Source: Microthyrium microscopicum (lineage: Eukaryota). Taken from it: a DNA stretch of 64,000 nt. Location: positions 2,267,697 through 2,331,696 of the forward strand of contig MU004234.1 of the NCBI GenBank assembly GCA_010405405.1. The letters are read 5' to 3'. Below, one piece after another: positions 51,950 to 64,000 of the stretch. Numbering within the stretch: the stretch's first letter is position 1; each line of letters opens with the position of its first letter. The translations under genes and the position numbers were made by a program. The notes under the pieces are model-generated. The model was not told where the DNA came from. It saw nothing but the letters and a program-made list of their open reading frames with translations, and did no database searches.

Positions 51950-53655
51950 CTATTCATTCAGCTTTATCTTAGAGGAAATTTGATCTTCTAGACGGATGAG
52001 ACACTCGATGTCGGATTTGGCAGTGTCAACTGAGTGATCCTGATATATTCGCAAGAGCTGGAGTGCTTGCATTGCATCTTCCGGACTTGGAACGATAACA
52101 GAGTTATCTTCCTCTTTACCTGGGGGCTTTTCAGGGTCTCGATCGACATGATAGGTGATGATGTCTTCGATGTCAATTGTTGGATCTTCGCCAACATCTA
52201 AAACTTGTTAGTTCAGATGCATGATTAAAATTTTCTACTTTCCACAGCAGCACACGTACGACCCAAAGCTCCTTGATTCAATCGGTTTGCCCTTGATTAA
52301 GGCCGTTTTGGTAGAAAAGAGATCAAGAACACATCAGGAGCCAAAAAGTCAGAAGTGATCTTATGTGGTCAAGCCTTACCTGGTATGTTATCCTCGCCAT
52401 CAAACCTTTTGTAGATTTGAAGCTCTCCTTGAACACCTTCCAAGTCTTGGAGCTGAGAGTAAAGCAATTGAAGCTCATGTTCCAGATTTATATCTGATGA
52501 AGAATTCAGGGGCTCGTGAGAATGCAGAAGTCCCCCGAATTGGCGACCAATTGACGAGTTGGACAGCTCATAATGCCATGCCTGGCAAGCCCATCGTATT
52601 GCATGATAAATAGTAACTTCGTGGAATATCTTGGAGGATTGTTTGGCGTGATCAATCATGTGCATAAACCAAAACTTCCGGTAAAAAAGCTTCAGGTGCT
52701 GGGAAATGTTATGACCAAATGTTGACGAGTTTACTGTAAGAGCTGGCAAGTAGATAACTTTCACATTTTCCGGTGGGGATGCGGATTCGAAATCGTTGTA
52801 AGCATCCAGATTCGACAGGAGTAGAAGTACACGCTTTTGCTCTCCTATCCATAGGTAAAACGCTTGAAGCCAGTCTGCCATCAAACTTGACGACATCCAC
52901 GCAGTGATATTTGATCGCCATCGAAACCCTAGAGCCTCGCAGTTGACATGTCTGATAGAAAGGGGAGCTTTTGCAAGCCCGATAGTCCATAAAGGGAACC
53001 GAAGGCTTCCATCAGCGTTGCAACAAAAAACAATCGCAATTCTGGAGTCTTGGCTGATTCTATGCTGCTCTTCCGTTCTAAAGGTTTCCACGGCCCGTGG
53101 TTTCTGCCAATATAGATTTGTGATGTGAACACCAAACACGTCCTCGTCCCTATATTCTTTCCAAATCTTCTTCGCTTCTGTAAAACCTGCGCCAGAGTGA
53201 GGTGTGCTACTCTGACTTGGTGCTTGCTGCTTGCGGCGGAGCCGATATCGTCTTTTGAAATTTGACAACCAGCCTGAGCTAAACTCGGGTTTCACAAGAT
53301 GTTGATATGTCTGGATTCGAGGCCAAACTTCCCTAGCCTTTTCAATGATATCGTCGCCTGTAGCATCTAGTTGTTCAGCCTGTCGATACCAATCGTAGAG
53401 AATATCCTCAAGAATAGGCCAGTGAGCATTTCGCTGTCGAAACGATGAGGATCCCACAGTGGCTGTATTGTCTAGGTGTAGGTATCGGTTTCCCAGTGTT
53501 TCTGAGATTGTAGATTGACTCAGTTTGTGGCCATATTGGCTCTCAAACCAATCTATCACTTCGGTCTGTCGCGGCTTTGAGCCTTGCTCTTCTTGATCTT
53601 TGTACCATTTTCGAATGGCTTTTCGTTCTTGGTCAGAAATGGCTCGGCGTGGCAT
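51950..53655 (-). CDS. CENP-B/Abp1-like pogo-derived DNA-binding protein with degenerate DDE_1 domain, 2 exons
   Basis: LSQSTIS HTH, WP.LE..L..W, FSSGWLSNFKRRY, CNADGS, N..AWM; intron ~52378-52198 adds an exon with PSPEDAMQALQLLRIY. Confidence 0.8.
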
Positions 53656-53908
53656 AGCAATTCATCACGCGGATTCGCGCCATAATAACATTATGCATCA
53701 TACGATGAGGTGGAGTCAGTGCGATTACAACCCCAGTATCGTTATATCGAGTTGTCACATCGCGCCACCAACTTGATCCTCCGGACCCGACTGAAACTTT
53801 TGAGATTATATGAACTCAGCCACGCAGGGCCTCACTGCTATAGCAATGGAACCTAGTTTTTAGACTTGTTTGGCAACGGCCACTAGATGCTGTAGGTCTT
53901 GTAGCGCC

Positions 53909-56900
53909 ATGTCCTCCATTATTAAAGCATCAAAAGAGGCCGATCCAGAAACTCGACTCCACAAAGCCATCAAAGACTTCGAAACAGCATTAACTAAGAG
54001 TCAAAAGAAGGACCTGCACGCGTTTACCCAAACATACCCTCCGAGCGAGAAGGATGTCATGACACTTACGGCAATTATCGACGAAGACTTTTCTGCAAAA
54101 ATACACCGTGGAAGCTCGTATGGACCAAGACTCACAGCCTTTCTGAATACAGTCCAGCAATTTGCAGCAATAGGAGACATCATCATTGGTGGGTCACAAA
54201 ATCTGATTGCTTGCGGCGTGTGGTCGATTGTGAGGTTTTCGATTATGGTTCGTCCCCTGACCAGGTCCGAAAACAACTAGAATTCCAAGGTTCTGACTGA
54301 AAAGCAAGGCACTCGTTTCCACCAATTCTTTCTTCGAGGAAGTTTCTGAGATGATTATGAGCATCGGACGCTCTTCGCCTCGACATGAAATGATCGCACT
54401 TCTTCATCCAGACTCGAAAGAGCTCAAGCGATGCGTGCTTGAATACTTCATCCAGGTTGTTATTCTATTCCAAAAACTGATAGAGTTTGTGCAAAAGTCA
54501 AAATTAGGACAGCTAGCATCCACTATTGGCAGCAAAGATATGAAAGCTCTTCATTCAAGCGTAGAATTCTGGACAAACGAAATTCAACGTGAAGCCGGAG
54601 CTTTGCAGATGAGAACTATCCAGGAAGAAGCCAAAGAAAATAAACGGTTCCGCAATCGACTGTTCAAGGACCTTACATTAGTTTCAATCTACCATGAGCA
54701 GAGGGCCAAGGACAATGTCCTGAATGCTTGTACTAAATACAATCATGAAGCAGCATGGAAGTACCTACGCAGCAGAGGCTACACAACGTTACTCAAAGAC
54801 AATGACCAATATCAGAAATGGAGAGATAGCTTTTCAGGAACACTGCTATATGCCGGCAAGCTTGGCTCCGGCAAATCTGTCTTGTTGGCCAACATGGTGT
54901 CTGATCTGGTTCTTCATGTTGCAAACCAAAGTTACCTAACAGCCCCAGTGGCTTACTTTTTCTGTCAGCCTGACGAGACTGAAAGTTTGACTGCTCGAAC
55001 AATCATTGGATCACTTGCGAGACAGCTACTAGAATCTATCACGAATCTCCAACCATTTTCAGAAGACGCCGACGCCAATACCTTACTGGATACTGATAAA
55101 ATATCTGAACTACTGCGAAAGCGACTCCCGCTCGGTACTCATGCTTACATTATCGTTGATGGTTTGGACGAGTGCCCCTTACACGAGAAGGAAATGGCAT
55201 GTTCAGCATTACAAAAGCTCCAACAGTTTCTCAACGTGTCTTTGTGTGTCTCATATCGATATGAAGCCGGGACTAAAAATCCGACGGAGCCCAATTTCCT
55301 GAAGATCCTACAACCCAGTAATTTTGCTTCAATGGAAGAGAACAATGCGGATATAAAGACATTCATCCTGCATGAATTGGCTGATCGTTTAGAAACCGGC
55401 AGATTGCTTCTAGGAGATCCTACCCTCGTAATCGATATTCGGGACGCCTTGCTCGAAGGATCTCAAGGAATGTTTCTCTGGGTGGCTTTACAAATCGATA
55501 CTTTGTGTCTCATGGAAACAGATGCATCTATCTGCGAGGCCTTGAAAGATCTTCCTAGAACTCTTACAGAAACGTATTCGCGAATCCTTCGAAAATGCGG
55601 AGGTACAAGCAGTCCTTACCAGCGCAAGATTTTGGATATTGTTACTGCAGCGAATCGCCCACTTACTACCGACGAACTTCGTGAGGCTCTCAGTGTCACA
55701 CCGGGCGACAGTGTATGGAATCCCTCCAAGCTTTTAACCGATGTTTTCTCGACCTTGACTTGCTGCGGAAGTCTGATCATTGTGAATGAGATGGAACTCA
55801 AGGTTCACTTGGTACATCCCAGGTAAAGCCTCATTTCCTTAAAGCTGTCATTCTTCAAAGAAATCGATCATGCAGCACATGCAGTCGCTTCCAGACTGAC
55901 ATCTTTTAGCGTCAAGCAGTTTTTACTCTCAACGTACAAACCAGATTATCGTTTCTTTGCTCTGGCAAATGAAGTCATGCTAGAGGTAATCGTTACATAT
56001 CTCAACTACGGCGTTTTTGGAACTCAAGTATCAAGAGAGGTAGTGCCACATATCATGGCTCAGTCTACAGTAGCTCGGGTTTTGGAATCTACCAATAGCC
56101 CGGCAGGTTTGGCAGCGGCACTGAAGCTATTGAAAATAGGGAAGAGCCGCGATTATGATGTTGGGAAAAACCTTTACGATACACTAGGTGAAAGAAATGC
56201 TCCCACAGCACACACGTTTCATTTCCACGAGTACGCTACAAAGATGTGGCTAGGTCATCTCAGTAAGCTGGAAGAAAAGCCGAGATATCCTGCTGATGCA
56301 ATGCTGTTAAAACTTTGCAGAGAAAAGGCAGTGAGTTTGACTGTCAAGATTGGTAAAGGCACCACGCTTCTTTCTTGGGCTGCTGAAGTAGGCTTTGTAG
56401 AGCTCGTTGAAGAGCTCCTCGAGACATGTAACGTTTTGGCAGACTTCGGGGGCGAGTTGAACGAGACACCGCTAAATGTTGCTGCTGTCAAAGGACATAG
56501 TAGAATCGTCTCCATGCTTCTTGCTCACGGAGTTGAAGCTGATCATCCAGACGGCGCGGGTCGCACCCCTCTCGCGAATGCTGCCGAGCAGGGACACGAG
56601 GAGGTGGTCAAGATTTTGCTGAACACTAAGAAAGTGAACTTGGAATCCAAGGACGCGTTTGGTAGAACACCTTTAGCAGGAGCTGCCTCTTGGGGAAAGG
56701 AGGCGATTGTGCGTTTGCTCGTGACATCTGGCAGCCAAGTCAATACGAGAGATCTGACTGGAAGAACACCCCTTTCACTCGCGGCGGAATTAGGACGTCT
56801 TAGCATAGTCCGAACTTTATACAATGCCTCAACAAGCCAGGATGATGCAGAGGCTCCGGACGATACTGGAAAGTCACCTTTGTACTGGGCTCATCGAAAA

Positions 56901-57041
56901 GGACACAGCGCCGTGACGGAGTTTCTGCGTAATGCCTCGAATCACCCTCCTCATCCTCCGACTGTGGATAGAGGAGAAAACCCCGAAGACTATGCGGAGC
57001 AGAATGTGTGGGTTGAACCGATTGAAATGCAAATCGGGTGA
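53909..57041 (+). CDS. Fungal NLR-like NACHT NTPase with ankyrin repeats, 3 exons
   Basis: Helical N-terminus (IIGGSQNLIACGVW), Walker A GKLGSGKS, Walker B IIVDGLDEC, GMFLWV, LP..L..TY.RIL, spliced HP-SVKQFL, about six GRTPL-type ankyrin repeats. Confidence 0.92.
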
Positions 57042-57732
57042 ATAGAGGCAAATAGCCTGAGGGATATTGAGTTGTCAATTTATTTCCGCAGTGCGTGAGA
57101 TCTGACGAACAAGCAAAGGCCGATATCTAGAGAATATGTTACCTTACTTGTCTTGTTATGAGAGTCTATTGTAGCAAGCCTATCACTAGAAGAAAAAGAA
57201 TATCCGGCGTTTCTTCTGTTCCAGAGGTTGATCTTTGGCTGATACTCACTGGTCTTTTAGTCAACAGGGCAATACGATAGCTTTACTGAATTACTGGCAC
57301 GCCATGCCATATTTATTAATCAAGACGTCTCCGAGCTTGGTGAATAACCATCTGCCGAGTACTCTGTCAACATGTCCTGACGGGCACAATTGACATTATG
57401 AAAGACTATCACTAATCTCAAGCAGGAAATGGCAGCCGTTACCCCCGCATATGCTTATCGCGAAGCCAATTACCCCTGCCTGCATATGTGGAACGACCAA
57501 AGACTAAATGAACGATAGAGAGGGGACGGAATGTAATTGTTATCTTGCGGCAGAGAATATAAGGTCAAACACTAAGGTTGTCTCCTTTTCGGATCTGAAC
57601 TGAATATATTTTCAACTTTCGCAATAACTTCGACATCACTTCGACGTTACACGCCCACGAGTAGCGCATGTGATTGTACACCAAGCTTGGCCTCTGATAA
57701 ACCTGCTCTTCTTTAATTTCATGATAGCAAAA

Positions 57733-59866
57733 ATGGTACTTGAGCGAGTAATGCAAGTGGCGGCCCATCTCACGAATTCGGCAGTCAAAGTGGCACATCC
57801 CTTCGATCCCCTTAATGAAGCTGAGATTGCAAAAGCCGTGAGCATTGTCAGGAAAGAGCACCAGGAGCTGTTCTTCAATGCAGTGACGTTATGGGAACCA
57901 AGAAAGGCGGAGATGATGGCATGGCTGGCGGCCCCAGAAACAGCAATGAGACCACATCGAGTGGCAGATGTTGTCTGTATTGGCAAAGGCAGCAAAGTCT
58001 ATGATGGAGTCGTAGACTTGACCGAGAACAAGATCATCTCCTGGGAGTTGACGGATGGTGTTCAACCTCTCATCTCTATGGAAGATCTTCAGATTGTAGA
58101 GACGGTGGTTAGGAAAGACCCCAAAGTCATCGAACAGTGCGGCATAATCGGCATTCCACCAGAAGATATGCACAAGGTTTACTGCGATCGTAAGTATGAC
58201 ACGAACCTTAGAGGAGATTGTAGTACTTACGTTTGATAGCTTGGACTGTTGGATACGATGAACGCTTCGGCAATAAAGTCAGACTTCAGCAGGCGCTAAT
58301 GTACTACCGTCCACATATTGACGACTCTCAATACACATATCCGCTGGATTTCTGTCCCATCTTCAATGCAGATACTCATGAAATCATTCATATCGACATT
58401 CCCAAAGTTCGACGGCCACTCAATACTGCACCTCCAAGCAATTACCATGCCGCTGCCATTCAAGCAGAAGGAGGATTTCGAACGGACCTGAAGCCAATCA
58501 GCATTACCCAGCCGGAAGGCGTCTCTTTCAAGGTCACTGGACGCGAGATTAGTTGGGTTAATTGGAAGCTCCATGTCGGCTTCAACTACCGCGAAGGCAT
58601 TGTACTGAACAACATCACCTTTACCGACAAAGGTGTCGAGCGACCAGTCTTCTGGCGAATGTCGCTCGCCGAAATGGTCGTACCCTACGGCAATCCAGAG
58701 CACCCACATCAACGAAAACATGCGTTTGATCTGGGCGAGTATGGCGGCGGATACATGACCAACAGCCTCGCGCTCGGCTGCGATTGCAAAGGAGCCATCC
58801 ATTACATGGACGCCGACTTTGTCAATCGCGCCGGCAACCCCACATCCATCAAAAAGGCCATTTGCATTCATGAAGAGGACGCTGGCATTCTCTTCAAGCA
58901 CACAGATTTCCGCGATGACAGCGTGACAGTCACACGCGCTCGTAAGTTGATCGTCTCGCACGTCTTCACCGCCGCCAACTACGAGTACTGCGTCTACTGG
59001 CAATTTCACCTAGATGGCACCATCCAGCTAGAAATAAAACTCACCGGCATCCTCAACACATACGCCATGAACCCAGGCGAGGACACGCTTGGCTGGGGCA
59101 CAGAAGTTTATCCCGGCGTAAACGCACACAACCACCAACATCTCTTCTGCTTGCGTCTTGATCCTAACGTTGACGGCCCCAACAACACGATCCTCCAAGT
59201 CGATGCAGAGCGCGGTGAAGGTGAAGTAGGCAGTGCAACGAATCCATATGGCAACGCCTTTTATGCGAAGAAGACGAAGCTAGAGACCCCTGAGACATCA
59301 AAATGTGACTACAATGGTAGCACAAGCCGAACATGGGATATTGCGAATGAGAGTAAACTCAACCCCTACAGCAAGAAACCCGTCAGCTACAAGCTGGTGA
59401 GTCGCGAAGTACCATCGCTGCTACCAAGAGAAGGAAGTTTGGTATGGAAGCGTGCCGGATTCGCGCGCCATGCTGTGCATGTTACTAAGTGTAATTCTTC
59501 CTCTGAAATTTCGCATGCAAAGACTGATATATGTGAATAGATTCGGATGCCCAAATCCACCCAGCGGGACGACACGTGCCACAAACATCAGGCGAGCCAT
59601 CTGCTGGTCTACCAGCTTGGATTGAAGAAGATCCAAAGGCAAATATCGTCAATACAGACGTCGTGTTGTGGCATACCTTTGGCTTAACTCACTTCCCTGC
59701 ACCGGAGGACTATCCGGTGATGCCAGCGGAGCCCATGACTGTAATGCTGAGACCAAGGAATTTCTTTGAGAGGAATCCATGTTTGGATATCCCGCCGAGC
59801 TATTCAAGCAGCCCGAGTGGTAAGGGAACGGTGAAAGCAGCAGACAGTACAAGCAAGCTGGTTTGA
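57733..59866 (+). CDS. Copper amine oxidase, 3 exons
   Basis: HPFDPL, TPQ motif ANYEY, copper ligands HNHQH and HFPAPEDYPVMP, LGCDCKG. Confidence 0.95.
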
Positions 59867-62848
59867 TGTAGCTTAGTGGTGTAGACATTCAGGTCATGAT
59901 ACATATGCTGCAAGCAGTTGTACACTTGACTGGAGAATATGAAGATATGTAGTGTATTCTTCGGCTTTATTTAGCAATCAACGCACTTGCCTGTTAGATT
60001 TTAGTCGGTGAAAAGGATTTTCACACGTCATATTGAATCTTGTCTCTACCTTGTTCATTGCTTTTCACTTCTGAGTTTCTAGGCAAGTATGACAGTTCAT
60101 TAGCATAGGCCAAGAATGAGCAACTCAATCTCAAGAATCAAAAGGAGATGCTTCGCTGTACCTATCCTTCGTCATAGTGTTCATCTACCATATAATTAGC
60201 ATAAGGATAGGCAAGTATGATATCAGAAACTCCTACCAAGTAATGGTCCCTACTACATGACGTTGACGTGTATAAATATATCACTAAATAAAGCCAAAAG
60301 GGGCCATGGAAAGTTTGAAAGCAAAACAACAGACATAGTAGCCCCAATAGCCAACATCCCATGGCTGTTACTTAAGAAATAGCAGGCAACAAAATGAGGT
60401 TGGTCCAAGCAAGGGATAGCTTAGTAGAGGACAATATATGGCATAACCTGGGGCAGATATAGGCGGGTTCACGTGGTGAACATTGGAGCTCATGGACATT
60501 GGCCTAGAACAGGTCATACCATTGATGCCGCTACTGAGATATATTAAATGTCCCAGAAGTTGGAAATGGCAGGCCTGGAACCCCTGGGCATAGTATGGGC
60601 ATACTATAGGCGTGGTGAATTGATATGAAAACAAACAGGCTGGATTACAGATGACCAAACGTAGTCCGTGATGTGCTGGAGGCCAGTAAGAACAGACCTG
60701 ATGCAAGATAGCAAACGAGAAGAGGGTTGGTGAAATCATGGAGCAGTGCAGTGAACACTGAACGCGCTCGCAAAATGAATGGCAGCGCGCAGCAACAAGA
60801 ATGGCCACCACCAGCCCTTGTGATAGTAGATACTGCATGTTTCACGAAGTTCGATATACCATCAAAGATCTAAACAGTCTCAATGGTAGATAAAGCTCTC
60901 GATAATGGTAGCCATTGAAGTTGATGGCAGCTTGCCACTGATTTGCCCATCGAGGCCCTTGGTGTTTCGCGCCGGGGCGAAGCTGCAGAAAACGTGCATG
61001 TTGGGTGTACAAGGGTTTGACCAATGACCAGACGCGTTCGCGGCTGATGCTATTTAGAGTAGAGTTGGTCTTCGGCCTTTGCGTGCTGGCGCTAGTCGTG
61101 CTGGCGAACGGCACGAGGTTTTGTCCTTGTCGCGGCCTTCAATTGCTCGTTGGCACGCGGCTCTCACACAGCACAAGGCTGGGGAATAGCAATGACTGGA
61201 CAAGTGCCTGCAGCGGAGGAACAGCCGAGCACAAAGAAAGCTCCGGTCCTCTATCTGGGGATCGTCCTAAACAGCAGATCATGCCCACAGCGATACAATT
61301 CTTGAGCATCAGAAGTTCCAAGGTCAGCAGTGGCAGCAAGGGGTTTGCTTTCGCATCTTCAAGCGGGGATTCAGGGTCAGCACGCTTTTCTTGGCTCAAA
61401 TGGTTCGACAAGTGAAGACGGCCGACTTGAGAGGCTTGAATGACTTGTTCTTTAAAAGATGGCCATGACTGGTTGGGTCAAGCGCGTCTGCGAGAGCACA
61501 GGGGCTGACAGCCTGTCATTCAGCAATTGCAACTGCTTTAGTTGTGTGACCCCTTTTGTCGGAAGCTCGGCCGCCCCACCTTTTCCAGGCACTGACAGCT
61601 CCACTAACTCTAGCACTGAAAGCGGACGGACCTGCCGTCAATCTCACGTGGAAACTGGGTCGAGGAATCTATCGCCCCTGATGCTATATTATGGAACCCC
61701 TTTAGTCCCTGCCAGCTGTGCTCCTGAGAGAGCAACGGCCATGGCTTTGGCCTCTTACTGGCTGGAGGGCTCTTTGTAGCGTGTGCACCTACCCGCCATC
61801 AAAGGCCTGTTGGCTGTTGCTGCCAGGCTTTGGCTGCTCCATTGCTCTTGCCAAAGGGCTGGCTCCATCGCTCCTTCCCTGGCCTCCAGTGTGCTTCCCT
61901 GCGAAAACCACCCCAGCCCAACACCCCTTCCCACCCCAGAACTTGCCCCTTCCCGATTTTCTTCTGGCTTCCCAACGTTCCTTCTTCTGGGCTTGCTGGC
62001 TCTTTCTCCATCCTAACCTCTGCTCTTCTTCCTCCAACCCCATCACCATCTCTCCATTTCTTCCCTTTCTCTTCAACTCCACCTCTCTACCCTCTCCATC
62101 CTCTTCTCACGTCCGTAATTCTTCTTCCAGGAGCTCGGCATTTTTTTACCACCCTTCGAATCTGCAACCTCCTGCTCTATATCCTCCGCCTCTATCGCCT
62201 CGCTCACTCCTCTTTGTTCGAACATCTCCTTTCAGCTCGCTGCCAAATTGCCTTCCTTTCTTCCTGCTGGTCGAAGAAATAGCCAACACTTTTACATCCT
62301 CACAACGCGCCTGGTACCGCTATCGCGACTCGTTGCGTATCTTAATACTGTCCTGCATACCTCAGTTTCCAACAGACCTTGCCCTGTGTCGTCCAACTAC
62401 CAGTCAGACTTCACCTTTGTCGGTATCGCCGTGCTTTGAAAGCACCTATTCGCCTTTACGTCCAACCAACATAGACCGCTTTATTCCCCGCCTTTTCTTC
62501 ACTTTTTCGCCTGTCAATACTTTGTTCCTGGAGTCGGCTCGGCAATCAAACGCCCTGCTGCCTATCTATTTTGCTAGTGACCAGCTTGGCCCTTGCGCTA
62601 TCAGTCACTTTTCTTTCAAACAGACATTTCAAAAGTCCACTACTTCTGCATAATACTTTGCCTAATCTCTCTCCCCTTGCACACACTCTCGGCCTTCTAG
62701 TGTTGTTTCGCCTCAACACTTCCTGTTCCTTTGTCGTTTGGAGTATCCTACCCGGCCAGCCTTTTCTGCTATTGCAGTCTTATACCGTTGCTCTTTAGCA
62801 ATTTTCTCTGTCATTTGCCCAACACATTCTACGCTGGCGAGTTTCAAA

Positions 62849-64000
62849 ATGACTTATAACAACATGAACGGTTTCCCTGCCGGTAATGGTCTTGGCATGC
62901 CAGGTGCCGGCTTTGCTGCTCGTGGCAAGAACAATCGCCCTCAACGGTTGAGTCTCGCTTCGCCTCCGAAAGTGGGCTCAATCAGCGAGAATCCTAATGA
63001 CGGCATTCCCAATCCGCCTCGAACTAGCCGTTCGCATCTTCTCGCTGGCTTACGCACTCAACCACGTACTCCTGGTCCTGTTCCTGCGTCCGCTCCTTAT
63101 AACAAGACTTCTCATGGCCATCAAGCATATGGTATGGCTACTCCTCAATATCAACAGAACAACGTTGGATACGGAAATGTTCCGCACACAGCAATCGGTT
63201 CAAACTTTCCATCTCTTGGACGCCAGCAACAGCAATTTTCTCTTAATCCTGGTCAACAACTGTACGGTCTTCCTGAGCAGGCTATGGCTCCACCACAGCT
63301 CGATATTGATGAGTCCGAGGAGCAAATCGATCCTCAATTTGCTGCCCAGCTAATGGCTACCCAAATGTATCTTCAGGAACGCCAGCAGCAATTGCAGAAT
63401 ATGATATTTGCTCAACAAATGGCTGGATTGACCATGAATGGTAACAAAGCTCAGTCTTCGTATCCCCAGACTCCTGTTACTCCTCAGCAAGTCAACATGT
63501 ATCCTCAGGCACAGCTCAACGGTAATGCAACTGTCACGCAGGAGGTTCCAGGGCAGCCAGGAATGTACGTTGTTTACAACATGTTGACCGGCCAGTCGAC
63601 TTTGGCGGTTGATCCTACATATCAACAACAGCAACAAGGCGATCTTGCCAACTCCCCACCACCGCCCACTCCGAGTCATATCAACACCAAGTTCCACGGC
63701 GACCGCTCAACTCCATATGACACTGGAAGTCCATTTGGATCTCGTAGTCGATCTCCCCCAAAGAAGTCTTCCTCACCTCCAGTTGACGTTACTCCTTTGC
63801 CACCACCGTCTGCCAATGCCTTCCGTCGAGGACACAACCGCAATCGGTCTTCGTTGGCCTTGAACCCTGCCAACGGCGCTTCTGTGGGCGATGGTCCCAA
63901 ATCTGCCTTTATCCGCCCAGTCGGTATGCCCGCCACTCCAATGACTGGTACTTTTGGTCCAGGCCATGGCCGTGCTGGGGAACATCCAATGCGTCAACCA
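62849..64000 (+). CDS. Low-complexity Gln/Pro-rich fungal protein, truncated by the window end
   Basis: Open frame from ATG 62849 to the end, absent from the ORF track; RTSRSHLLAGLRT, FRRGH, PMTGTFGPG..RAGEHPMRQP; long pyrimidine-rich leader upstream. Confidence 0.8.
   Translation, partial: MTYNNMNGFPAGNGLGMPGAGFAARGKNNRPQRLSLASPPKVGSISENPNDGIPNPPRTSRSHLLAGLRTQPRTPGPVPASAPYNKTSHGHQAYGMATPQYQQNNVGYGNVPHTAIGSNFPSLGRQQQQFSLNPGQQLYGLPEQAMAPPQLDIDESEEQIDPQFAAQLMATQMYLQERQQQLQNMIFAQQMAGLTMNGNKAQSSYPQTPVTPQQVNMYPQAQLNGNATVTQEVPGQPGMYVVYNMLTGQSTLAVDPTYQQQQQGDLANSPPPPTPSHINTKFHGDRSTPYDTGSPFGSRSRSPPKKSSSPPVDVTPLPPPSANAFRRGHNRNRSSLALNPANGASVGDGPKSAFIRPVGMPATPMTGTFGPGHGRAGEHPMRQP

Noticed and set aside
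61718..62653. 311-aa plus-strand ORF
   Set aside because: Non-ATG start and Ser/Pro/Leu/Phe-rich, as expected from a CT-rich untranslated leader
1..64000. CRISPR arrays, rRNA, tRNA, Fanzor/TnpB, Starship captain recombinase
   Set aside because: No repeat-spacer array, RNA-gene signature, RuvC or tyrosine-recombinase motif seen by eye; a RIP-erased ORF in the transposon leader cannot be excluded

Overview
Filamentous ascomycete genomic DNA (short GT..AG introns with CTAAC/CTGAC branch sites, RIP-mutated transposon); a Dothideomycete such as Venturia is a guess only. About 25 genes or pseudogenes. Left third: three co-oriented orphan paralogs, then a diverged inverted paralog pair (5031-6437 and 21018-22426) bracketing a minus-strand block of a secreted PHM-like copper protein, MFS transporter, aspartic protease, aromatic amino acid decarboxylase and aldo-keto reductase. 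Middle: two F-box-like/CxxC paralogs (the second broken), a RIP-degraded Tc1/mariner element that appears to end in hairpins rather than TIRs, a ZNF830-like gene and an NAD kinase. From 33.7 to 57 kb, a conflict/immunity-type region: sacsin/NOV-like GHKL-nuclease pseudogene, CorA-like protein, GIY-YIG protein with one in-frame TGA, HET protein, and an intron-containing catalytically degenerate CENP-B/pogo gene head-to-head with a NACHT-ankyrin NLR. These are interspersed with Fig1-like, isoorotate decarboxylase, tautomerase and a secreted Pro/Arg-repeat gene. The window ends with a copper amine oxidase and a truncated low-complexity protein. All calls come from manual reading and motif recall; no searches were run.
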